Shown piece after piece: positions 23,276-33,021 of a stretch of DNA of 38,509 bases (position 1 is its first letter; every line of letters starts with the position of its first letter). The translations under genes and the position numbers were made by a program. The notes under the pieces are model-generated. The model saw only the letters and a program-made list of their open reading frames with translations, was not told the origin of the DNA and searched no databases. This DNA comes from Rozella allomycis CSF55 (Eukaryota): assembly GCA_000442015.1 (NCBI GenBank), contig KE560823.1, positions 1-38,509 of the forward strand, written 5' to 3'.

Positions 23276-24826
23276 ATGAACAAACATGAGGAGTATTTGA
23301 AGAATAAGGAAATAAAGAAGAAGATATTGAGAGAAGAACTGAGAGAGTTGAAAGAAGAAACAGAATATTCAAGTAAAAAACAAAGTTCAAGTTTAGTAGG
23401 TTGGNATGTATGAATCATCGCCATTTGTGCTGCTTTCGTCCCCCTCTGGATCAGGAAAGACTTCTTTGTTGAATCTGTTTGCTGCGAGGATGGATATTGA
23501 GTGCATTTACATTTATTGTCTTAAAAAGACACTCTCTGATATCCTCAAGCCCCATGGAATTGATCTTAAGAACAAAACAGTGACTGATGATAGGGCTCGA
23601 GTGATTATGTTGGATAGTGCACAAAAGACATATGGAGAGAAGGAGGATTGGACTATTTTGATCAAGAATTTGAGTCGAAGTATTCCACANATTAATTTAC
23701 AGAAGCCTCATCTACAACGAAGCGGGTTGTTAGCAAAACTGTGTGGGATGTATGAATCATCATCATTTGTGCTTCTTTCGTCCCCCTCTGGATCAGGAAA
23801 GACTTCTTTGTTGAATCTGTTTGCTGCGAGGATGGATATTGGGTNCTACCTTTCGCAAACAGAACCCAACAGAAAGCGAATTGCTGCAGTTTTACTTGTC
23901 CAGAAGAATGACTCAGGTGATGTCTCGTTGTTTCGGCAGTGCTCATAAAAAGGTTCCGGATCACTTGAAGTCACATCTCATCAGTTGCTTGAGTGGCCCC
24001 TGTGATATACCAAATAAAAGAGACGAATACTTGATTCTTCTTCAGAAATGTGGGATCTTGGTTACCAATGNTGTCCAGACGAATGACTCAAGTGATGGCT
24101 CGTTGTTTTGGCAGTGCTCATAAAAAGGTTCCGGATCATTTGAAATCTCATCTCATCAGTTGCTTGAATGGCCCATGTGATATGCCAAATGAAAAAGACG
24201 AATACTTGATTCTTCTTCAGAAATGTGGGATCTTGGTTACCAATGGGACAAAATTTGATTACTCGTCACCATTGGCACGCAGATATTTTTTCAGGTGGCT
24301 CTTTCCAATTAGATATATTAACAACCCTTCGACCATAAAAGAACTCATTATCAAGGCTATTGAACACATGTCAGCTTCATTCCTGAAACAGTGCACTCCA
24401 TCAAATGACTTTCCAAAGGAGGCAGTTTTTCAGCAACTTCTGCTGCAGGGATTTGCTAAGAACACTAAACCCGACTGTGTAATTTGTCCGGAACTGTCAA
24501 AGCGCTTTCCTCCATTTGAAACAGATCCCAATCGTGAAATTGATTTTTATTTGAATGGAAGTCTGCGATGGGGCATACAGCTTCATATAAAAGGTAGAGG
24601 CGTAGGTGAACATCTTGAGCGATTTACTCCACATGACAAATATGCTCCACTTGATGTATCGGACTATGCTGTAGTGGATTTTCGCGTTAATGAGACTGGC
24701 GAATGTACTAATGTTCAACGTCATGCTAAAAGGATTTCTGTGTTTTTCAAGAAGGGCGACTTTTCCTCTTGTAAATGTATCTTTGGTGAAGACCATGATG
24801 ATGTTGAATTGAAGCTATCTAATTAA
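23276..24826 (+). CDS. Crinkler-type P-loop NTPase plus restriction-endonuclease-fold protein; mosaic assembly with 4 N junctions
   Basis: Walker A SPSGSGKT, Walker B-like IMLDSAQ, EAVFQQ, ICPELS, EIDFYLNGSLRWGIQL, YAVVDFR. Duplicated segments flank Ns at 23405, 23690, 23845 and 24071. Confidence 0.72.
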
Positions 24827-24883
24827 TAAAATTTGCATAGCTTTTTTTACGTTTTCTAATTTCTAATTTCTATCAGTAATAGA

Positions 24884-24912
24884 TCGGGTGAGGCAGGGTT
24901 CGACTCCTTGGT
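24884..24912 (+). other. Orphan tRNA T-arm/B-box element, copy 2
   Basis: tcgggtgagg-CAGGG-TTCGACT-CCTTG, near-identical to 10841-10870. Confidence 0.55.
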
Positions 24913-25450
24913 GATTTTGANTGATAACGCATGTAAACAAAGAGAGTCACAGGTCATTGTCATTCGTTTTGTCCCATGCGAAATGATGTAAAGTGTACCA
25001 ATATTTCAAAGCATTTTTGACTTTAATCGCCAAATGATCAGGATTTGGATATACATATACTGACTGCCTCGTCAACTTAGTGAAAATATGAAGTCATCGA
25101 CTCATTATGCTTCTCTGCGCTTCAACAGATTCATTTAGAATTTGATTTAACAAAATTTCGCTTTATCCATTTTGATCATTTAAAATTCATTCCATTATCT
25201 GACATTGTTCTAATTGATCTCACCCTGGATTCATTTCAAACNTATATGTGTTGAGCAGAAACCATCTTCAAGATACCATTCGTTCACATCTTAATGTTGA
25301 AATTATGTATATATTAAATGTAGTTTTAAGATGCAAGCCGCAAGGTACATAACGAGGTGTTAGCCACGCAAAATAAAAGCCTATACTTGAAAAAAATCTC
25401 AATAACTTCGCTGGCTTCGTTCATTTTGCTCAGATTCAGCTGCTTAGATA

Positions 25451-25660
25451 GGGCATGTGAAAGTTGTTTCTAGAGTATATACAAGCGCGAGTGACAATGA
25501 TGCTATTTGATGGGCTTACTGAAAAATCCATTTGGTTTGGACGTTGTTAAAGTATTGCTACGTGATTATAGATCCAAGTGCCTGTGATAATGATTGTATG
25601 AAATGCTTTCAAGAATGGTCATGAAGAAGTTGTTAAAGTTTTGTTTTAAGATTGCAAACT
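25451..25660 (+). pseudogene. Degenerate ankyrin-repeat gene of the same family as 3..320
   Basis: Fragments GHVKVV, SASDNDAI*WA, DVVKVLLRD, DPSACDND and KNGHEEVVKVLF*D contain stops and frameshifts. Shares tagatccaagtg with the left-end gene. Confidence 0.75.
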
Positions 25661-25923
25661 GTTTGGAAAGGATTTTAAAGAGAAATCTTTCAGTGAGACT
25701 CGCAATTGATATAGTTGCTGCTTATTTTCTAATTAATCAATAAGAAAAGGTTTAATTAAAATACCGCGGCACATTAACGATACTCTTTCCGCTTTCGGCT
25801 CTCACTACACGATAGAGAACTCGTCACACATAGGAGACTTTATGAACCTCAACCCAGTGAACCCACGTTGATCAATGACTCAATGAAATGTAAATTAATT
25901 AGCTAGTTTTTAAACGGATTTAT

Positions 25924-27770
25924 TTAGCAGTACATTTGAAGCTCTTTGAGAATATTATTAGCCAGTGTGTCCACTTCTTCAGAGGTTTCCGCCTCGGCAT
26001 AAATTCTTACAACATCTTCCGTCCCGGATGGTCTATTTTATAAAAAATACTAATTAAAGTACCTTACAAAAGATCTTCCGTTTTTGACTTTTTTAACGTA
26101 TTCATTTATTTTAGTTTGAAGTGTAGCAGGAGAAACCAATTCAGTGTCAGCATTGGTAGTCTTGAATGCTGATCTATCTTTAACCTTTGAAAATGAATTA
26201 AATAAATCTTTACTTTACATTTCAATTGTTTATTTGGAAGATCCTTGTATTGTGATTCCCATTGTTCCATTGATAAATTTTCAATAGCCAAAACGCATTC
26301 CACAAACAACAAAATTGAGATTGCGTCGCCAACTGATTGATTAATCAATTCAATCGACAAGAGAATCTTTTTCAAACTTTGCTTTTGTTTTTCTGTCAAG
26401 TTGTCCTGACTGACAGATTTCAGCAAAACATTAACCGATTCTTTGAACAGAATTGTTCCGTGGCCGTTCGCTTCAAAGTAAATGCCAATGTCGTATTCTT
26501 CAGCTTTATGATGCAAATGTTTCACTCCCGTCTCAACACACGCAACAGGAATATTCTATCAACATCAAAGATTGTGCTTACCAAACTTTTCAAAAACCTT
26601 GTAGAATTTCCATTCGCGTAGGCAGTTTGCACAACACCAATTTTTAAATTCAACCCCAAAATCGATAAATGTTTGCCGAAAAAATAGGCAGACAAGGCGG
26701 CGATTCGGTCGCCATCAAGTAAATGAAATTTTGAATCTGCTATATGAAAATATAAACAGATACCTTGAAAATAAAAGTAAACTAAACGGTCTGCGTCGCC
26801 GTCCAATGATGCGAATCTAACGCCATTTACAGCTGTGACAGAGCAAGGAGGGCTCTGTGTTACTTTCACGTGATCTGATCCACACTAAATCTCATAAATA
26901 GCTTATGATTTACTAGATGGTTCAACACTCCATCTCCGTCGTTTATTACTGTTGCATTTATGGAGCTTCCAATGCAGTTGATCATTTCCTTCATTTTCGC
27001 ACCTCCAACACCATTCGCTGCATCAACAACCAAACTAGAAGGCTTTTTCCCACTCATTTCCTATATCTCACTTTCAATAATGTTACAAATAGATTAACGT
27101 ATGCTGTTGAAAACTTTGTAAAGTAGCCATTCTCAGATGGGTCCCCATACGGAGGCAAAGTATTCAAAGATCTAACCAAATAGTGACACTGCGGGGTTGT
27201 TAATAGCCCAAAATTAGAAACTTGGCATTTGATTGCAGAAGCACCTTCAATTGCAGCGTTGGCTAGTTCTTCGCCAGATGGTCTGGATTCACATTTCATT
27301 AAAATACATACCTGGTATCTCTAGCAATTAAAACATTAGAAAGTGTGTCATGACCTATATTCAACCGATTTGTGACATCCAGAAAAGTCTGTGTTAAATT
27401 GTTTGAATTGACAATTTCGACTGCAATTTCCTCCCATTTGGATTCAAGCATTTCACCCAAAGGATCCACAATTTTTACTCCATTGTCCTCTATTATATAA
27501 TTGATTTGGATTACTTGGACTGGGTTGTGCGAGGCAGTGATCATGACTCCAATTGTTTTTCCATTTAGATAATTGGATCTCAGAGAAGCCACCAGACCTA
27601 CTCTGAATACAACGGTGTTTAATAAATCGGCTCTGTAATCAATCACGTGAAGAAATATACCTCATTCGAAAGCCGGCAGTGCCGTAAGAATAATCAGAAT
27701 CCCATGTTTTAGGATATTTGGAGGCAAGTTTGTCCAATTTGCTTACGACCAACGACCACCATTCGTCCAT
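25924..27770 (-). CDS. PGM3: Phosphoacetylglucosamine mutase (PGM3/AGM1/PCM1)
   Basis: YGTAGFR, GVMITASHNP, DNGVK, RDTRPSG, TTPQ, SLDGDADR, QTAYANG, YFEANGHGT, SFVRPSGTEDVVRIYAEA. Nine 26-29 nt introns. Confidence 0.93.
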
Positions 27771-27887
27771 TGTTTTCTTCAAGCCACTTATAATTAACCA
27801 GAAGCTTAATAACAATTATTTAGTTGTAAAATAGGAAAGGGAAAGAAAAAGAATGTTATACTTATTACTTTGTATAAAAGAATTTAT

Positions 27888-29454
27888 TTATTTTTTCGTA
27901 GAATTGAATGCAGTGAATTTGACAGATGGAAGCAGCGTCTCTGGTAAAGTGTCAGGGAGTTCATGTCCAGTCATCTTAATTTGAACTAAATGCATAGCAA
28001 TCGCAAATTCAGTTCTATCGAGAGATCCATCTGCATTCAAATCAGCCAATTTCCAAATCTTCGCCAGGGTTTCCAGTGGAAGCCTACTTTCCATCAAAAC
28101 AGTTTTAGCAGTTGCACCACTAATGACATCATTAACTGGATTCAAAGAGTAAAAAAGTGTGTTAAATTGATCATGATCTATAGAGTTAAAGGACCACATA
28201 TCTTTAATCTCAACAGCAGAATCATCAAACGGGTTAGAACTCTTTACCATTTCAAATCTAGGCTTTGGCGGAAACTTTTCAATCAAATGCGGTAAATCCA
28301 CGCCCAACGCTTCATCAAGATTCATTAATAACTTTTCATTAAATTTCGGAAATTCACTAAAATCATAATTGACGAGTTTTTCTTTGAATGTTTCAATATT
28401 TGGCAAGTCGCCCATCGGAATATTATAAAGTTGACTAATTTTCTCAAATTCCTGTTCAAGATTTTCAATCAAGGAATTTTGCTTGGATTTCTTTTTAAAC
28501 ACTGCGGGCATTTCACTTTTCAAATGAGAAATAATTATAGCATGGGTTCTAGCAATTCTCGCTCTTTTAACAATTTCATTAATCTTCCTGGTAGCCGAGT
28601 TTCTGGGTAAACCTAAGAGGTCATTCAAAAGATCTTTATGTTCAACTTCAACCAAAGATTTGTGATCATCGTACTGTCCAGGGTAATCGCCAAAAGATGA
28701 AATGTAAACTCTGACAACTTCTGGGGTTTGAATTACTTTTCCCAAGGACCACATCAAGGCGCCGTAAACTCTCATCAACTGTTGCGTTGAAACCATGTTG
28801 GCCTTATTAAGCACAACTCTAATCTTCTCATCATGCCTTTTAAGTATATGAATAACTCGCTTAAACTCATCAGAAATATCAAGCTTATGCGCATCAAACA
28901 ACAGCAATATCATATCAGATCGTTCAGCAAACCATTCACAAACAGAAACAAAATCATAGCTTCTGCCAATCCTCTGCTTTTCTCCAGAAAGAACACCCGG
29001 CGTATCAATAAATGTAATTTCTTCCAAAATTGAGCTAGGCATCACCGACGTTTGAAATTTCGACAGAAACTGAGTTCCAAACTTTGTCAGTCGCTGAAAC
29101 GGCTTATCCGCCTGCACAGCAGCTGCATTTCCAGGAATAACGCGCTCATCTATTCCATGCATGACAGCTACAAAGCGATCAGTCTACATTACACACAAAC
29201 GCACTGTTTACCGTTGGCTCGGGGCCGATATGTATTCCCGGATAATCTTTTCCCAGCAGATGTCTGATAAACGTACTCTTGCCGGTAGAGTATTGCCCCA
29301 ACACAAGCACCATGGGCTTAGACTCAATGTCGGAATCACTGAGCGGCGATGAATTGAATTTGTCAAACATGTATAGCTCTTCTATCGGTCGTATTTTCTT
29401 TCTATATATTGCCTTGAGGCCATCCACTACGGATTCGAAATCCTTCTTCTTCAT
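27888..29454 (-). CDS. EHD1: EH-domain-containing dynamin-like ATPase (EHD/RME-1/Past1)
   Basis: GQYSTGKS, IGPEPTTDRF, IDTPGVLSG, FDAHKLDISDEF, LNKAN, internal NPF and a C-terminal EH domain; intron 29184-29211. Confidence 0.92.
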
Positions 29455-29604
29455 CGAAAACAGTGGCGCAGGCGAATGTTGTGAACAGATTAGACAAACT
29501 TCTATAAATATCCTACAGACATTTTAATTTTATTTTGAGTGGCAATTGTAGCCAATTATTTTTGTGAAGGGAGATACGAATTTGTAATTGTGAAAAATCA
29601 TAAA

Positions 29605-31449
29605 ATGGAATTTCCTTTTAGCATTCCGATAAAGGGAATCGACTATACGCCCGAGTATGATGCATTTATAAGAGATTTGGATATATTTCACCGCAGTAGA
29701 GGGTAATTCGTATTGTAATAAACTAAATAGAACTACATATGAAAAGGAAAGAGTTCTTGGAGGTATTAAATTAGACTTGTACAAGTTGAAACAACTAGTG
29801 CGAGCGAATGGAGGAGTAGAAGCGATTACTCAGGAAAGGGGGTGGAAGAAGATTGCGACGTATTTCGACCTAGCACTTACTTGCACTAACGCAGCGTAAA
29901 AGCCAAATTATGAAATTAATAGAACTGTTATAAAAAGAACGTATATGCAGGCATTGTGGGATTATGATCTGAGCAATGGCGATCCGAGCAAGACGCCGTC
30001 TGTTCCAGAGGGACTGCAAAAGCAGGTGATGATTCATAGAATCATGGCGCAAGTGTCAGATAACGAGACATTGAAAACCAGGCTGAGGAAGGAAACATCG
30101 TGGATGATGAATTCTACGAATAAAGCAAAGGTGGATGATGATAGCACGTCTTCAGAAGATGAAAAACAGTCACCGGAAATTGCATTGAAGCCTACTGCGC
30201 TTTATGGTGAAGGAAGAAATCTTGGGAGGTTAATGCTGGCGGTGTATTCGCAACTATTTAATGAATTTGAATTTGCGTTGCCGCAATTGCTCAGTATTAG
30301 CGCACAGCCTGATGTATTCTTGTTGGACCATTTGCCACGATTTACTGAATCTGTTTTATTTTATTTTAGCTCTATTTTGAAAATATATTTGAAATGTTTG
30401 CCAATTGAGAATATCGAGAATTTTGAAATTTCGGTAAAGAATACCCTTGCCACTGACAATAATGTCACACTCCCTCAATCATATGCGTTTTATTTATCTA
30501 GAAGAGATTTTGATTTAAAAATATTACTTTTATTTAGAAATTTATCATTGAATAGAAACAATGCGAAAATAATGTCAAAATCAAATGAATTGAAGAGTAT
30601 TTTGGAATCTATTTCTCAACTGCCTTTGAATGTTTTATATTTCCATGAATGGCATAAACTTTGCATTGACATTATTGACAACATTTGTTATCATTCTGAT
30701 ATTTGGAGATCCAACGCTATTTTTAATTATATTTCTTCTTTATTTTATTTTTCAGATTTATATTTTGTTAGTTCAAGTTGCCAAATACTTTCAAAGATTC
30801 TAATTGATCCAGCAAACGCTTCTTTTGTTGAAAAGATTAGTCCAGGGTACGTGAAAAGATCTCTTGATTTGCTTCTTTGTGGAGATTTGAGGCTAGTTAG
30901 AAGCAATCTAGATTTTCTTTATCAATTCGTAGATGCTTCGTTAAGAATTCAATCTGACCTTAAAGTCGCTCATCATTTCTTTATAAATCAAATATTAACA
31001 TTTATTAAACAACGCGTTCAAATGTTCAATGATCCAGTAATTATTAAATTCATCCTTTATAGAATTCACAAGCCTTCAAAGACGATATTACGAGATGGCT
31101 GATTGCCAACTACCAAAGTTCTCACGAAGACGTCTCTTTTGAAACAATCTACCAACACTACTCTTTTTGCGCTTTAAACAATGGAATGCAAGTACGCAGT
31201 GAACAAGATCTAGTCACCCTCATAAAGAAGATATTTCCTACTTGTCAGTCTCAAGACAATGATCTAACTTTTAAACTCAGAAAAAGGAAAATAACAGACG
31301 AAGATTGGATTCAAACCGCTTGCAGTATTTTGTGTCTTTTGGTAAATCAAAAGGACGCAAGTGAAATGTTCCTGCCTTTTTTGGATCAGATTAAACGATT
31401 ATCGCTTCAGGTTGATACTTTCAATAATATCATTTGGACTTTAACTTAA
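29605..31449 (+). CDS. RSC9: Rsc9/ARID2-like chromatin remodelling subunit (ARID + ARM-like + RFX-like winged helix)
   Basis: IDYTPEYDAFIRDL..FHRSRGT, LDLYKL...GG...WKKIA..F.L..TCTNAA...Y (ARID); LFRNLS; C-terminal RWLIANY...IY..Y...C...IKKIFP. Three tiny introns. Confidence 0.8.
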
Positions 31450-31643
31450 TAAACATATTTTGATCTTTAAACTTTTCAAGCAGTTGAATCAATCNATTTT
31501 GATCTTTAAATTTTTCAAGCAGTTGAATCAATCAAAAGTAATTGTAGTATATCGAGATTCACAGTAGCGATTATTTGACATATCAATAAAGCGAATCAGG
31601 TTGCGCAATTTACAGAATGTACTTTTCATGCTCTCAGTCATAA

Positions 31644-31716
31644 GGGCTCATAGCTCAGTTGGTAGAGCGCACGCTTTGCATGTGTGAGGTCCCGTGTTCA
31701 AACCCCGGTGAGTCCA
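31644..31716 (+). tRNA. tRNA-Ala(TGC)
   Basis: 73 nt with a G3:U70 pair. Anticodon arm CACGC-TTTGCAT-GTGTG, one T-C mismatch in the T-stem, T6 terminator. Confidence 0.92.
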
Positions 31717-31787
31717 TTTTTTGACAATTTTTCAAACAATTCATTTAATTTTATTTTTATTATGAGGTTATGGCAATGTCTATAGCG

Positions 31788-32957
31788 CTATTTTGTGAAA
31801 TTAGACAGATAAAGTTTTTCCTGCCTCTGTTTCAAAATGGCGTCTATTCTCTCTTCATTTGCTTTTTGATTGACTTTCACTTCTGTTTTATTTGCATCTT
31901 TATAACAAGCAAAATATCATTACATGAAGGAATATTATTGAACTCCTCTTGCAAAGCTTCCAAAGAAACACTAGGATCGCCTTGTGTATCCATTATTGAT
32001 TTCGAATTGTCCATCCCTTTATTCCAATCATACGTAATTTTACCAGCAAGTATTGCAAATCCTTTAGCAAAGTCCATCTGAGCGTTGACATTCTTGGACT
32101 GCTTGAATATCGTAAAGTTCAAATGATTTTTCAAAACCTACCATCCAAATGAAAATTCTTTGTTACTTTCAATGATCCCGCGTCAGCTTTAAAATCGACG
32201 AAAAAAATAGAAGCGAATTTCTTCAATGCCAATAATCTCAAAAGATTCGTTCCAGTGCGTCTAGTCAAAGAATCCATCTGTTTGAACGAATTGAAATTGG
32301 TGCAAATAATTGTAACAGGGAGAACTATTGGATTTATAAACGATCTATACATTTCACTTTGATTTGTTACTTGTCGGGATGATATTTGAATTGTTCAGCG
32401 CATTTCTTTATCAACGTTTTCGGCCTCTTCGATCCCTTCTTTTCCAGTTCATCCAATACACCGTTAATTTTCGATTCAATAGTACTCAGAGTATTTTTGA
32501 AATCGACAATTGATTCTTTATCCTCCAAGTTTACCATTAAACAAATATGGAAACTATCAATGAACTGTTTAGAGAGGCACGAGTCTAACAGCCCCGTCAG
32601 ATTTTGCTGAGAATTATACCTCAATTCCCATACATGGACAATATCTTTAGTCTCAATTCCTTTTGTCTTTCTAATATATCTCTATCTTGCAAAACTATTC
32701 TATTCTTACGTATAGTCCAGAGGTACGTTGAATTGGTTATTAGATTCTAGTGAAGAAATGGTTAATTATTTACTGACATCGACTATCAATTGTATGAGAG
32801 ATGATTTGCCAGATTTGGGTGGGCCAATAACCAACCAATTTACATCAGTGTTTTCTAGTTACATGAATGTCTACATATTACTCTCTTTTATTGGAACATT
32901 TGAGTTTGCTAGCTGCTCGTATATATTGTTTGGGATTGCTAGAGATTCTGTTGACAT
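31788..32957 (-). CDS. DYNC2LI1: Cytoplasmic dynein-2 light intermediate chain (retrograde IFT)
   Basis: Spliced LVIGPPKSGKSSLI, LDYTYIRK...KDIVHVWEL, HPDKSFINPIVLPVTII, F...D...R.....LR, EERIDAILKQRQEKL. Six tiny introns. Confidence 0.78.
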
Positions 32958-33021
32958 TTCCAAATTTACAATTACCAAATGTCTGTTTGGTTGCTAACAA
33001 GGCGCAATAGTGTTTACTTGA

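Noticed and set aside
24922..25241. Possible minus-strand coding remnant between two Ns
   Set aside because: Multiple stops and no recognisable family.
25780..25830. glmS ribozyme next to the hexosamine gene PGM3
   Set aside because: Only scattered words match (GACGAG, TATCG, GCGGA); the essential 5' AGCGC segment and P1 are absent.
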